Under the pieces are notes generated by a model. It was not told the DNA's origin and did no database searches. It saw only the letters and a program-made list of their open reading frames with translations. The position numbers and the translations under genes were made by a program. A stretch of DNA of 61,768 bases, filler included, from Choristocarpus tenellus KU-1152 (taxonomy: Eukaryota; Protista; Phaeophyceae): NCBI GenBank assembly GCA_964200185.2. It is 8 parts of 8 records of this genome, joined end to end, with 100 filler letters (N's around TTAATTAATTAA, not from the genome) between each part and the next. Parts side by side here need not be neighbours in the genome. Positions count along the whole stretch, not along the records: positions 1 to 3,780 come from CAXNAD020017968.1; positions 3,881 to 8,833 come from CAXNAD020012401.1; positions 8,934 to 27,509 come from CAXNAD020000537.1; 5 more parts are not named here. The stretch is one strand, 5' to 3'. Positions 1 to 13,300 of this stretch are shown piece by piece (the first letter of the stretch is position 1; each line of letters opens with the position of its first letter).

Positions 1-319
1 CCTTCAATGTCATACCACAACAGTACCACTGCATTGTTAAATGTTACCAAAAGGGGGGGGGTCTAAGAATAGGGGATGCAGCATTCCTGCAGTGCTGGGA
101 GGGATTGAGGGAGGCAAAAACTTGAAGAAAGAGCTTGTGGTTGGAGGGTTGTGAATAGTACCTTTTTTTATTGTCGCATGGTGGTATTGGGTTGGATTGG
201 GTTGGATTTGTAAAGCCTCTATCCTGGAGCCTATTGTTCACCCTTACCCTGTTTATTAACATTATTATTATTATTATTATTACTCCCGACACAACTCATC
301 GCCGTAATTTGTGCTGCAG

Positions 320-1031
320 GCAATGGGTATGGGAAGTGACAGCAAGGGGCTGGCAGCAGAGGAAGGTAGACTCGACACAAACAGATGGGGAGAGGACATG
401 GTCAAGCTCAGATACGAAGAGGTACATCAGCTCTTTTTTTGTTTTTGACAGCAAGAAAATCACTCGCCGCTCACATGGTTCCCATTGTAGATGTATCTTT
501 CACAGTGCCACATTAGTTATTCAAGCCTTTATGTGGCTGGGCCTGTGGCTCGACCAGGTAACATCCCTCCCACTTCCTGCCTGCTTAGGTTACCTTTTTT
601 TTCCTCCTTTCTTCCCACTGCTAGTAGCGTGGTATGGATGCACACCTTGTACATGTAATTCTGTTCACGTCTTTTGAAACTTGTTGGCTTTATCTATGGT
701 GCTTGACCAACGCTTCTCTGTTGTAGGGCACTGTGTCCCATTAATGCTGCAGGCCCTCTCCCCTTCCTGCATGTCCTTATCATCCTTATTTTACTTTCTT
801 TTTGTGCTCCTTTCCCTTTTACAGGGCAGTACCCCAGAGGCGTTCTTTCTCCCATACCTTTGGCGTCTGGTGTATGACCTCACACCAGACCTCAATTGGG
901 CTTCCAGAAAGATTGTCTTGTTTGATCTACCACTGCCCCAAGTCAACCCCCCTGCAATTGCTGCAGTGGACTTGCCTTTGGCCAGTGCCAACAACAATGT
1001 GATATGGGATGATCCCTTGGCAGCAGTGTAG
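320..1031 (+). CDS. DYM: Dymeclin, last two exons (320-421, 825-1031); 5' part lies outside the contig
   Basis: Splicing cag|GCA...GAG|gtacat and acag|GGC...TAG gives ...EDMVKLRYEE|GSTPEAFFLPYLWRLVYDLTPDLNWASRKIVLF... This matches the dymeclin C-terminal motif L(K/R)F(K/R)YxEExxPExFFxPYxWxLV...W...IxLF. The intron is phase 0 and GT-AG. Confidence 0.85.
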
Positions 1032-1789
1032 GAAGACCTGGCGGTGGAAAGAGAGCAGGAAGGCGGAATGAATGGGAAATGAATATTATCCATTCAGAAT
1101 GAGACGAGGAATGGGCCCCAACCCATTAAATGGTTCCAACTGTTAGCTGTTTCGATTGTCCCTTTGATTCAAATTGTTTGTTTATGTGCTTGCTGAGTTT
1201 CATCTACATCCACAACTATGGCGTGAGTACCCATCTTTTCCGAACTAGGTATACTGTTTTATGGTATATATTTGTTTGCTTATGGTGTTGCGTTGTGGAT
1301 GTCTGTTTGTGAGGTTTATGTGAAAGGGACATGGTGGTGCTGTGGCGATTTTTGTCTAATAGATAATGCATTTGTTAGGTAGGGCGGGGCATGACTTGTG
1401 TGTGCTGAGCTGAAGTTTCTGATGTGTGTGTCTAACTGCATGTGAATGATGCTGAAGAGGGTCCACGTACACACAATTTTCTTCTGTATATGTGTATCGA
1501 TATATATTTATACTTCTATCATGTTGGTACTATGATACTTCGACTTGAGTCCCGTTGCCCTCAACGAAGATGCCAGTATGTATCATTTTTGTGTGCATGT
1601 GTTGATGAGGGGGAACAAGCAAAATAGCAAAATTCTTGCTTTGAGTATTTACATTTCGAACATTTATGCATGAAAAATAGAAAGTAGGTGACCTGCCTCT
1701 ACAAAAAGAGGAGATGCTGTAGCTGCACATCTGATGAGAACACTAAATGGAGGTATTAAAACAAAGTTCCTCGATTCAACTGGGTTCAT

Positions 1790-2620
1790 CTTCAAGATTG
1801 AACAGAACTATGGATCGATGGATAGGGGTGTGCCACCAATATGGGGAGGCGTCCTGTCCCTATGAGCTCCACTCTTCTCTGGATGAACTGTTGATGTCAA
1901 AACTGCAATGGGTTCTTTCTTTATAGTTGTTTGATGGATGCACTTTGTCTGCTTTTCCCAGAGAAATTGTTTTGAGGGGTGATGGAGGTCAAGAACACTC
2001 AACAATGTAGATTATTTACGACATATGGTGCTTCGGATGGAAAATTTTACCTGAATCCCAAGCACTCCTCCCAGATATATAGAGAACAAGAGGCAATCTA
2101 TTAACTAAATGGATACAACATAAAAGTTATTTTTACTTAGAAGCAAGTGTAATCAGGTGCAATTTTCCCGTACATGTTGGGGAATGGAAGTGATCATATA
2201 TGTTTTTGTGCTTGTTAACTTTGCTACAACATGCCCCAGTCTCTTGTTTTATCGACAAAGTGCACTCCAATGCTTTCATCAAAATGGATGCATCTTTCCA
2301 TAAGACTACTCTCATTGAACCACCACTCATAAGTATAGCAGTTGATTCTGGCTCTGCCAACTATGTCGTTACATCGCAATGCACAAATAATGTAATAACA
2401 GTAGCAAACCCTAAAACATGCTACAACCGATCTTGGGCCACTGCTGGAAATAGCAACGTTACTTGGTTGATGAGTTTTATGTACCCCACCCATCTGGTTA
2501 GGTTAAAGACGCCACCCAATATGACTTGATTACCAGACCTAACGTAGAGTGTTCAGTCACCTCAATCAACTTGGTAAATCAACGAGACAAGGCTCCACTG
2601 ATTTGGTGATTGTACAGTGC
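1790..2620 (-). mobile_element. Heavily decayed non-LTR retrotransposon reverse-transcriptase relic (CRE/R2-like type)
   Basis: Frameshifted minus-strand pieces occur in the expected order: QQWPKIGCSMF (~QQGDPLGxxLF), EWWFNESSLM (~WYLDDGTL), KALECTLSIKQETG...VNKHK (~GLxLNxxK) and GGTPLSIDP (~LGTP). Many stops; recognised by eye only. Confidence 0.35.
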
Positions 2621-3761
2621 ACATAGTGCCCACAAAATAATCATTACTGTTGTAAGTTGTATATAATAGAGCTGAAGGTAATCACAGTCAGTCACAATGT
2701 TACTGATATTAATTAGTACTGTGTGGAGTAGTACTTATCGCTAGTTACGTAAAAGATGCAGTAGTCATTTGTGTTTTGTTTTAACACTGCTCCCCTTGCG
2801 TTCTACCTCTTACTGATTCTTCTTCACTTCAGCTTGGGCTCTATCCTCACCTGTGATCAGAGACCCTTCATCTGCACTATTCCTCACATCAACTATTGAA
2901 TATAGTAACCGACTGTTACACTATATTGAATTGCGCTGCCTCCGTCCATGTCTTGCTTCTTCTTGTGCATTGGTTGCAGCTACCATACTGCTTGCCACAC
3001 CTCACCTCCTACCTCAAATCTTGTCCTGGACCTACCTCAGCATTGCACAGCGATTAATCCTTGCCACTCATTCTTGGTCTATTCCAGGGTTTAGTCGTCT
3101 AGTGACAAATAGGATTGGATATGCCAGTGTGCAATGTTGTTCTGGCTATGTGGGTTTGGGATAATTGAAACCAAATCTAATATTTCATCACAAACCCTTG
3201 AAAATCATACGGGAACAACCTCCCTTAGCCTATGAGCTGTATAACACTCTCTGTACTCTATCTCTACGCAATCACTCAATCTTAAGGTTGTTCACATAAA
3301 GTTCAGGTGGTTGTTCGTCTACACCCTTTCATTGGAACATCCAGGTTTGAACCCCTGTTGCAGATGCTAGAATATTTTTGGAGGAAATTTAAGGTCGATG
3401 AATAGATGTACTAACAGCATTGGGAAGACACATCTGTAGCTTAATATCTTGTACGGAAATATCTGGATCGTGATGGTGAAGATTCATTGACAAAAGGGTA
3501 TGCACAAAGCTACCATCTTTGTATTTCTTAACCACCGAAGCGACTAAGATGAACGTCATTTCTCCACTATTAGTCGGGCTGCGGACGGCTGAGATGGATG
3601 AAGTACTTGATATCGTTGGGCAGAGTTATGAAGAGGACGCACCTTCCACCTGCTCCGCAACATCTCCACGAGCAAATTCCAATACTGTAGGATCTTGTTG
3701 GAGTGGAGATGAACTAGGAACTTCCAGTGTTTAGAAGGTCAATTAATTGCATTCCTCCACA

Positions 3762-3780
3762 GGGTCAAAGTATCTGGGGG
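3762..3780. mobile_element. MITE family A terminal inverted repeat, truncated by the contig end
   Basis: GGGTCAAAGTATCTGGGGG, the same TIR as the full copies at 43640 and 55992. Confidence 0.7.
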
Positions 3781-3880
3781 NNNNNNNNNNNNNNNNNNNN
3801 NNNNNNNNNNNNNNNNNNNNNNNNTTAATTAATTAANNNNNNNNNNNNNNNNNNNNNNNNNNNNNNNNNNNNNNNNNNNN
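3781..3880. other. Artificial contig linker
   Basis: N44-TTAATTAATTAA-N44 (stops in all six frames). Confidence 0.98.
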
Positions 3881-5109
3881 CCACTTCCGCCTCCCCCCCC
3901 ACTTCCATCTCCTTCGTCCTCGCCCCCTCCATGCCCATGCTCACCAAGCATCACTGCATACAACTGCCCATTATCCAACAACCCCACTGCAGCACTGCCT
4001 GGACTGGACCTCACATCACGCGTAACAGGAGAGTGAGAGAGAGGGAGGCTACGCATTGGGAGGTAGGCTGTTCCACTGAGGTTGTTCTCGAGGGAAACCC
4101 CAAACACACTCGACACATGTGAGGGAAGCGGCACGTCCCACAGACAGACTGGCTCTCCAGTGGCGGATTCTGCGGAGTGGGCATTGGCGCGCAGAGCCCC
4201 TTCAGGAGTCGCCACCAACTGCACCACTGGCGGGGCGGACCTGTGACGTGGCGGCCCAAGGGCGTGGGACGTTTCTGATACACCTCCGTGAGACGAGGCC
4301 AGATCCAGGCCCTCCAGGGATACAAATTCTCCGATTGTAAGGTTCCACTGTTCGTTACCAGTGGGTACATCGAAAGCCCGAACAGTGTGATCAATCCGAC
4401 CAATCCAAACAACATTATTACTCTGCTTGAGAAGTCTTCGATGGGTTTCTAGGCTGTCTCCTGAAGCACCAGATATTACCTGCCTCACCTCGCCTGTTTG
4501 AGCATCTACACCGTACACACGAGATATCTTGGACCCGGTGTAAAAGGTGCCGCCTGGAGCAAGGAAGGGCGTCTGTTCAACCAACTGGCGGGCGTCAAGC
4601 CCCGGCCTACGCAGTCCCTGCGTAGTATGAACCAACATCTTACCATCCAGCGTTGGGATAAGCCACCGTTTCTCTTCAAGTACTCCTGGGAGCTGTTGGT
4701 ACGACTTGACCAGAGGCTCGCCTGTGCTGAAAGACCATCTAACTTCTCCGGAGCTTGGGTCCATGGCATGGACTCTTCCATCTACAGTCCCGACAACCAT
4801 GAACCCCCCCAATTCTGTGCGCATACTCCCTTGCTTCACCCGATCATGTCTGAAGGACTGAACTGGACTAAGGGCGAGAGCATCGTCCCCGATCAACGGC
4901 ACTGACGGTGGATCATCTGCATTGACCTTGATCAAGGCAGCGGCAGCTTCCAATTCAAATTCGGAAGTAAACTTGCGGAAAGTCTGAGAATGATCAACAT
5001 CCTGGTGAACGATTCCTATTGGTCTTGAACAGGCCAACGACAAAAGGTTCACAAGGAGCACCGCCATGATGAAATGGGGTTTGCTGACCTGAATGAGATT
5101 TCCGGACAT
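3881..5109 (-). CDS. IRE1: IRE1-type ER-stress sensor, N-terminal luminal domain (one long first exon; transmembrane, kinase and RNase parts lie beyond the contig end)
   Basis: The ORF has a signal-peptide-like MAVLLVNLLSLACS (ATG at 5067; alternative ATG at 5109). It carries luminal-domain motifs VVGTVDGRVHAMDPSSGEVRWSFSTGEPL, LIPTLDGKML, LVEQTPF, YTGSKISRVYGVDAQTG and IGRIDHTVRAFDVPTGNEQWNLT. A PERK-like kinase cannot be excluded without the C-terminus. Confidence 0.8.
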
Positions 5110-5587
5110 TTCGCCTTCGTAAGAAAATAAACAAAACTACTTCGTGTAAGGTCGAGTATGGCGTACCTAGGAGTTCTCACTGACAACTTTGTTACGTCAA
5201 CCATCTGTCCGCATTCGAATGGGCCATCAGGCTTACAGGTTAGTGCTTTGGACTTACAAACCAACCACAAGTATATATATATATCAAGTATAGTATATAC
5301 TAAAGAGGATCAGTGGTTCCTCATCCCAACACAATTCTCTTTTCCCAATAAGAAGTGACTCTATATACCGACCGTTTAATTGTTTAAAGGATCTGTCGGG
5401 AATCCTCTCTTCCCTCAACACATAATGTCAAATGTGAGAAGTGCAAATATCAACACAATAGTTATGTAGTACTTCACTATCAGTACTTGAATTGAAATCA
5501 AACATCTTTGTGTCAAATCTTTGGTTCAGTCCTGTGCCTTCGCACCTCCCTGTGGGGAGGGCCAATCACAGCCGACTTTGGGCAGAC
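5110..5587. promoter_or_regulatory. Putative shared bidirectional promoter/5' UTR region
   Basis: Only about 480-520 bp separate the divergent start codons of IRE1 (-) and the MDR gene (+). GGCCAATC occurs near 5560. Confidence 0.45.
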
Positions 5588-8261
5588 ATGGATGTATTTG
5601 CGCATCGTAAAGTAGTCGGGAAGAGGGAAAACAGGGTATTCAGACGGCAATCAGCACTAGTGTTTGCCCTGCTTGTTGTTCATGGAGGGTCGTTCTCGGT
5701 CTCAACAAGGGTGCAGTCAGTCAGAGGGTATAGAGATTGCCAACAATCCCACTTCAGAGGTGGACCCAGGTTAGCTCCTGATGTAGGAGCTTGCTTCAAG
5801 TGTATTGTGCCTTCTAACTTTCGAATCAACAAAATATCTTGAAGTACATATTTTGTGGTCTCTTTGAACTCTCCGTACTCAGGAGGGCGATCGATGGTCG
5901 TGCTTTCGAGGAGGTGACGCCTGTGAGTTCACCTGATTCGGTGGATACACCTGTGAAGGTGATAGTGAAACGAATTGCGCGCAACCCGGTTGATCCGTCA
6001 CAGCTACTTGGTTATGGAACCACCTTCAACGCAAAAGGTCGCGAAAAAGACAACGACGAGGAATGGGTGCTAATGCAGACAATATCAGGCGTGACAGATG
6101 CTGGCCGGGAAGTTATTGCCGTAGTGGAACCGGGAAAAATTTCCCCTGGAGGTTCTGTTGATGTGGATCATCGAAGTTTGGTGACCAAACCAGGGGGGTT
6201 GGATTGGGAACGGGCCGCCATGCTACCTTTCCTGGTAAGACAGCTCGTTCTGAATCAACAATGGTAGCTGCCAACTCGCCTCTCGGTCTTTGTTACGATA
6301 TGTATCTCAACTCTCAGCGGCTCCCAGGCATCACTATTTACTTATGGCAAATCGTGCAGGTTGTGAATTGTCTCTGCCCACTTTCTGCGGTTGGCTTCGA
6401 AGAGTCCACGACCGCGGGGAAGAGCTGCGTGGTAACTGGGGGGCATGGAAGCCTGGCGCCTTTCGTCGCACAGGTTCTGAAGAATTGGGGTGCCAAGGTT
6501 TGGTGTGTCACCACCAACAAACTAGGGTGAGAGAACCCCCCACTACTGCGTTGATATTTCCCTTTCCGATTACCTGTGCGTTCATACGTGGGGATAGGAA
6601 CGGATCGCCAGCAACCTAGATCATCTCAGCGTTTTAAAGACACCATTTCCTCGTTTAGATCAATGCTTTATAAGCCCCCTTGTGTACAGATGTCTCTGAG
6701 AAGCCCTTTTCACTTCTCCTCACCTCTTGTTGTCATTGACTTCAACCAAGGGGGGTGGGTAGGTTATAGCCTGAAGGGAACAGGGTATAAGCAATCATCA
6801 AAAGAAAATATTATTCCCTGGCCGGTGGAGACCTTATCAGAGCTTTTTTAAAGTAGGATGGACCACTCCTCCCATCGCAAGTGAGAATAGGTACATAGAG
6901 CCCTTCCCATGGAGGTCGTCCTTTCAGATATCGATTTTCTCGTGGACTCTCTGGTTTCTCGTCCTCAAGGTCTGCACTTGAATGGTAAACAGCGCCTGCT
7001 CCGATCGCCTCTACTAGCAAACTTGCTTGCATGTGTGTCGCCATCAGAATGGAGAAAAGTATCGGGACAGGCTCTGCTGTGGATTTTCGCAAGGACAGTT
7101 ACAGTGATCGTGTTGATAACATTGACCTTGTGGTGGACACCATAGGCCAGGAGGTTGAGGAGAGCAGACGAATGCTCAAGGAGACCAAGGGCGCAGAGTA
7201 CATTAGCCTCATGCCTCAAGTGCTCAAGGTGTGCTAATATCGCTCCTTCCCCACCCTCTTTGCCATCCAGTCAGCATGCAAAGTAGATTATTTTATTATT
7301 GCGAAAGAGGTTATCGTGGCAGTGACTGGGTGATGCTGTTGCCAATTCGATGCTGCTCTGAGGGTAAGTCAAGCCAGGAGGAGGCATGGATGCAATGGTT
7401 ACCGGGACCAGCATCAGGTTGTGTGTAGATTTATGCTGAAGATTGGAATCCATTTCTATATGTATTTAGGCTAACTTTGCCTCCTGTTCTTTTCCCAGAG
7501 CGATTGTCCACCCTCTCTGAACCCCCCATAAACTGACTTAAGAAAGTGGTGTCATGGTGTACTACGTCCCATGGTTTATTTTGGGGGAGGGGGGAAATGG
7601 GACGAATTGATTTGAGATCATGTTGAGATTTAATTCATTTATTCCTTTTCTAAAAATGTTTTGTTTTTTTTAATGGGTAGAACAGCCTGGTGTACACTTT
7701 TATAACACACATTTGTATCTATGGAGTACAAGTGAAAGTTTCCCCATAATCCCTAACTTGGGGTCAGGGTTTTTGTGATGCCGGTTCGCCCAAACCTGGG
7801 CCTTTTTTTAAGATAAGATAGAAATTTAATGATAGGAGGAATTCAGAGCATTGGATCCACAGTCCAATGCCCTCTTAATTGTATACAGGCATACTGTCTC
7901 ACTGGGAAGAGTTTAAATGTACCTCGTCAATGCATACAATGAATCACAATACATACCGTTCCCATGGTCGTGCACAGGTAGCAGTGGATGAGGGCATGCT
8001 ATTCGGGTCCGGAAAGATAATGCAATACCAGAGAGTCATGGCACAGGATGGGAAGGCACAGCAGTACTTCATGCCGAGCGCAGAAGCCATACGCCTTGTC
8101 TCCCGGGTTTCACAAGCTGCAAGTGGCGTTGGCATGGTGGCGAGGGAAGGTGGGGGCAGGGGGGTGGGCATTGACTTGCTCTCGGTAGGGAACAGTTACG
8201 TGGGAATGCAGGAGTACCTGGAGGCCCTTGCTTGGCCAAGGGACAACGAGACAGGTCGTAG
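5588..8261 (+). CDS. Zinc-independent MDR-superfamily oxidoreductase (RTN4IP1/quinone-reductase-like), probably plastid-targeted; exons 5588-5769, 5883-6234, 6360-6526, 7048-7228, 7978-8261; 3' incomplete
   Basis: All four introns are GT-AG with compatible phases (2,0,2,0). Motifs: VKVIVKRIARNPVD, WERAAMLPFL, Rossmann VVTGGHGSLAPFVAQVLKNWGAKV and VDFRKDSY...IDLVVDTIG. The leader LVFALLVVHGGS-FSVSTRVQSVRG resembles a heterokont signal-plus-transit peptide. Confidence 0.75.
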
Positions 8262-8833
8262 GTGAGAAAAGGTCCCGGAAAGATCCTATCTATTCTTCAA
8301 CAGTTGTGTAAGTGTTCACAAAATCAGGCGGGCAGGTGATCTTTGATTTCAGTGAAGATCATCTTAAAGAGAGTTTGTCCAGGCTTTGTATGCAATTTGA
8401 TTTTTCAGTCTTCCCCCCCCCCCCTCTCCACTCACTTCACTCACTCCCTAACGCCCGTTTGGATCATGCCATGTTTAGCTAGTGTGACACTCAGATTTAG
8501 AACACAGGGGCCTTGGGTTGTGGTGTAGTTTTGAGGGTTTTTTGTTATTAACCTTGACAATGAATGGGCTGGGCTGCAGTCAGTCTGAAAGTATCATACA
8601 TCTATTGAGAGGGTCAATTGGCTTGCATCGTGTGTGCTCACATGAGAAGAAAGGACCTAATCCCCGGGCACACGAAATGTAAGAAGTTTCTCTCACATAA
8701 AGAAATTTTTTATTGACGAAGTCAGCCACTTATATACATATATATATATATATTGGCAGAAGAGCTGGTGAGGAGGGGGGGGGGGACTTGCCCTGTGGGA
8801 GGTGCAGTGTTGACTAAATAATAAAATGGAATG

Positions 8834-8933
8834 NNNNNNNNNNNNNNNNNNNNNNNNNNNNNNNNNNNNNNNNNNNNTTAATTAATTAANNNNNNNNNNN
8901 NNNNNNNNNNNNNNNNNNNNNNNNNNNNNNNNN
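8834..8933. other. Artificial contig linker
   Basis: N44-TTAATTAATTAA-N44. Confidence 0.98.
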
Positions 8934-9255
8934 TACATCATACTTCTTTCAAACCACAGTATTATGTCACAATACATCATACTTCTTTCAAACCACAGTA
9001 TTATGTCACAATACATCATACTTCTTTCAAACCACAGTATTATGTCACAATACATCATACTTCTTTCAAACCACAGTATTATGTCACAATACATCATACT
9101 TCTTTCAAACCACAGTATTATGTCACAATACATCATACTTCTTTCAAACCACAGTATTATGTCACAATACATCATACTTCTTTCAAACCACAGTATTATG
9201 TCACAATACATCATACTTCTTTCAAACCACAGTATTATGTCACAATACATCATAC
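8934..9255. repeat. 39-bp minisatellite, at least 8 identical copies, running off the contig end
   Basis: Unit TACATCATACTTCTTTCAAACCACAGTATTATGTCACAA. Confidence 0.97.
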
Positions 9256-10349
9256 CAAACCCTTGAGTGCAGCTGCACCGATCCTCCAAAGAAGATGCTC
9301 CCTGGTATCATAACACAAATCTCTAATACCGTTGGAACATGTGCTCTCACCTCAACCAACATCCCCCCTAACCCTAACTCTAACAGATATGTCACAAGCC
9401 ACTCGCCGATGAACCCGCCAAATCCCTCTACTAATATGAACCACGGCAATAGCACTCCAAACTAGTATATTGCCATCATACTGTAAACACTGCTGATAGC
9501 ACACCATATATACTACAAAGGAACAGCCCTATTCATAATCACCCTATTGATAATCAATCACGATCAAAGAAATACAATACCCTGTCAACGTTTCTGATCT
9601 AGAACACACACTTAGCACTAGCTTACATTAGCGTACATTAGCTTACATCACACCCTCAGTTCTGCGGTCAACCGGGTGAATCACCTCTATCACCTCAGTG
9701 GCAACTTCACAAAATCTGCAGCCCTACTAACCCTAACCCTAACCATAACCCCCCAAAATGGTCTCCTTACACAACAAAAAGAATACTGGTCCATAGTTAA
9801 TAGTCCAGATAGTACTGCAATTTCCTTCCACCCACAATGTCTATGCACATGCCACCTTTTGCCTACAGCTCCACAGTGGGTTGAGAATTACAGTTACTAC
9901 AGTTACTACAGTTACACGATAATACATATTGCCACGCATGGATAGTCAGGGTCAGGGCAAACGCCTATCCACAGATATGATACTTCAACAGACAAAAGCT
10001 CCAATACACCCACCATCGACAGAAACTTCCAGGCTACTTCATACCCCTACTTCATACCACCAACAGTAACATAATGAAGAGTTCATCATGGAAGTCAATG
10101 TACGTTTCTAGTGGTGTCACCTGTTGTAATCTACCCAAGACCTCCCTAGTCAACCCACTTCCTCCCTGGGAGAATCTCCCCTGTATTACAACCCAACCTA
10201 TCATACAACCTATCTCCATCCCCAAATCGACCCACATAAAGTACACCCACACATGCCTACAAACTGCCCCTATACAGTGATGTAGAAGAGCTGTAGCACT
10301 TCCATTAACAGCCTACAACATGATTGGTCAACATGATTGGTCATCTTAC

Positions 10350-13300
10350 CTCCACCTGTAGAGATGCCTGCCTTTTCTCAGCCTCTGCTATGTGCAGCAG
10401 GTGTTCCTCCTTTTGTAGCTGTAGAGACTGGCACTTCTCCTCCCTTTCCAGTAGGTCTTTCCGACATTGTTCTAGTTGTTCGATCACCTCTAACACGTAC
10501 TGCGATGATGCCTCCTTTTTCTAAGATTAAGTAAAACGTTTAAGCAATTCAAGAAGGAAGGGCGAGGAGGGGGGGGGGATGGGTTTCACAGAAAAAAGAA
10601 TAAAATGCCAAATATTGAAGTAGATACCACTGTTCCACTAGGAGTGACAATTGTGCAACAATCTCCTCCGTTGGAACAGTGCGATGTCAAAATCTATGTC
10701 AATATATATCAAAATCAGAGGCTGGGGAGGTAACTCATAATTATCTGTGGGTCATCACCCCAAGTAATTGTGTGCTCACCCTGGGTAGTCATCTCAATCT
10801 TTATGCTCCCCATTGAGACCATTCCTGGACCCCTCTTTCTTCACTCTTATCTCTATACTCTATATTGCCAGTGTAGTGAGTCAGGAAAGAGGTTCAGCCA
10901 GGAGGGATTTGATTCCGCAACCTCTGTCTGATTCTTGTCAAATATTGAAATAGGGTTAGGACTAGGTGTCACACTACTCACCTATTATCCAACTATTATT
11001 AACTTTTAAAGTTAATAATAGTCCTAGTTAACAGTATACTACCAAGTGACAACAATTCGACAGTAAATACTGTATTATCAGCAATTTCAACAGATGGAAA
11101 AAAGAAGAGATATTTTTAGTATAGTGCAGTAAGAAAAATCCAAGAAAAATCTTGTGGGCGACATCACCTCGTTCAAGTCCTTCATGCGGGTCATAGCTAT
11201 CCTTAGCTTCCCCTTCAAGTTCTCCACTTCTTCCATGAATCCATTGGCTTTTGCCTCTGCCAATTGTACTGCTTCTGCTCCAGACCTGTCTGCCGATGCC
11301 TGTTGCCAAGGTATACAGAGAGGTCAGTCAACACAAACGGACACAGCAACTACTATAGGAACTAATACTACAGGAACTGATACTATAGGAATTGATCAAA
11401 GCCATTAAGAGCATCGAAATATCTCCCTCCCAGCCCATAACTTAACCACACCAGTGTCATAGGAAAAAGTAATTCTTAAGGTTAAGAGTAATTGTTAAGG
11501 GTACTGTTCTCTTCTGTCACAACAGCCATGTCAGTCAGTCCACCTAAATGTATTTATATACTTGCACAGAGTGTGGTTCATTAAACCCTAACCCTAACCC
11601 TAACCCTAACCCTAAAAGGTGTTAAAAAAAGGTTCTTCGAGGGTACCTACACGCCAACTTATCCACAGGAAATTCTCGTTCCCATTTATCCATACTTTCT
11701 TATTGAATCTTCACATGCCACTACTGTCAACTAATCCTAACCCTAACCCTAACCATCCTCCAAATAACAAAAAGGCACACATACACAATCCTTCAAACAC
11801 ATACCAATAACAACAAACCCTTCTGCCCAAAGTATGCCACTATTGTATTTCCTAGGGTTAGGGTTTGTAATTGTGACAAGCACTACCAGAGTATTTGCAC
11901 ACACGTTGTCTTCACCCAGGGCCTTGAGGGAATCTTCGACTCTTTTCTTCTCATCCTCCATACTCCTTGCAACCTCCCTCAAAGCCACCTCTCTGCTGGC
12001 CATTTCCTGCAGTTCCCTCTCTGATTCCGCTGCCTTTGCTCTGGCCTGCTCTTCACTGCCCTTGGCCACACTCACCTCCTCCCTTCCAAAAAATATAAAA
12101 ATATAAAGAGAATAGAGAGTGATAGGATGGGATGGGGTCGACAGTAAGACAAGCGTACGACAAATGCTCCAATATTATTCTTAGAATAATTATAATTTTT
12201 TCATACATACATATAAATATAAATATGTACTATATATATATATATATATTCCTGCCTTCAATTTGTGTAAGAAAGGGTAAGGTAACAAGAAGTCATCAAC
12301 TCTAGTCTACTGTTAGAAAAACCATTGAAGAAAACTCCACATCAAAAACATACGTACATTGTAGGTAACTAAGAAAGTTAGACCAATCTGCACTATGGAA
12401 GTGCGACTCTCCAGCGATCCCTCATCCTTCAAAGAATAAAATAAAAACGGTTCTGAACCACGACAGTTTCAACAGTTTCAATTGGCTTTTACAGATCTGA
12501 GCTAAAGGTGTTAGGTTATTCAGTTCCTTGTAATTAATGAATAAAAAAAAGAAGGAAAAGGTGTCACCACTGCACATGTCTCATGCCACAACAAGAACCA
12601 CACACTTGTCAAAAGGTGCCCAAAGGTCAAAAAGAAACACCCACCTGTCAAAAGGTGTCACAAGGTGTCACATCACCATCACCAACTCACTACATACAAG
12701 GATTTAGATCTGCCTGCTGAGACCTACCTACCCGGGGAGGATTTGTAGTTTTTGTCTCATGCACTGACTGTTGAAATAGTTTTGATTTCATCTTATTCAT
12801 AGAATTCTTTATCAAAGGAATCAAACTGTGCTTGTACCCCCTTCCAGTCCACAACCATCAAACACATAAACCCAAGACTCTTTCACAGTTTATTTCTTTT
12901 TGCTTTTTGAATGGGAGGATTACTCATATAGTTAAGGCGATTCTTACACTAGCTTAAACCACTGATATTTTCAACTGATATCTATTTTGCAAACAACCAA
13001 CAAACATAACCATGGACACTTCACTATCGCCACCCTTTCATCTGAAACCCTCATAACTCAAAAAACTATGGCTGCCTCTGGAATTTTCCTCTGGAATCTT
13101 TCCCGCCCAAAACCTCCAACTGCTGTACAGATAGAGCATACCTTCCCAGACAACACGACTTCTGTCTGGTTTCTACTCTGCCCCTAATATCTACTATCTA
13201 CTATCTGTAACCTAATATCTATTTCGGATGAGGCGGCAAGTAGTACCTACTTGGAGGTGTAGCCAATAGAATGATACAGGCAAAAAAATAATAAAAACAT

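Noticed and set aside
8934-9255. CRISPR-like regular repeats (also 22946-23142, 47835-48054, 61348-61527)
   Set aside because: The units are head-to-tail with no unique spacers, there are no cas genes, and the context is eukaryotic introns.
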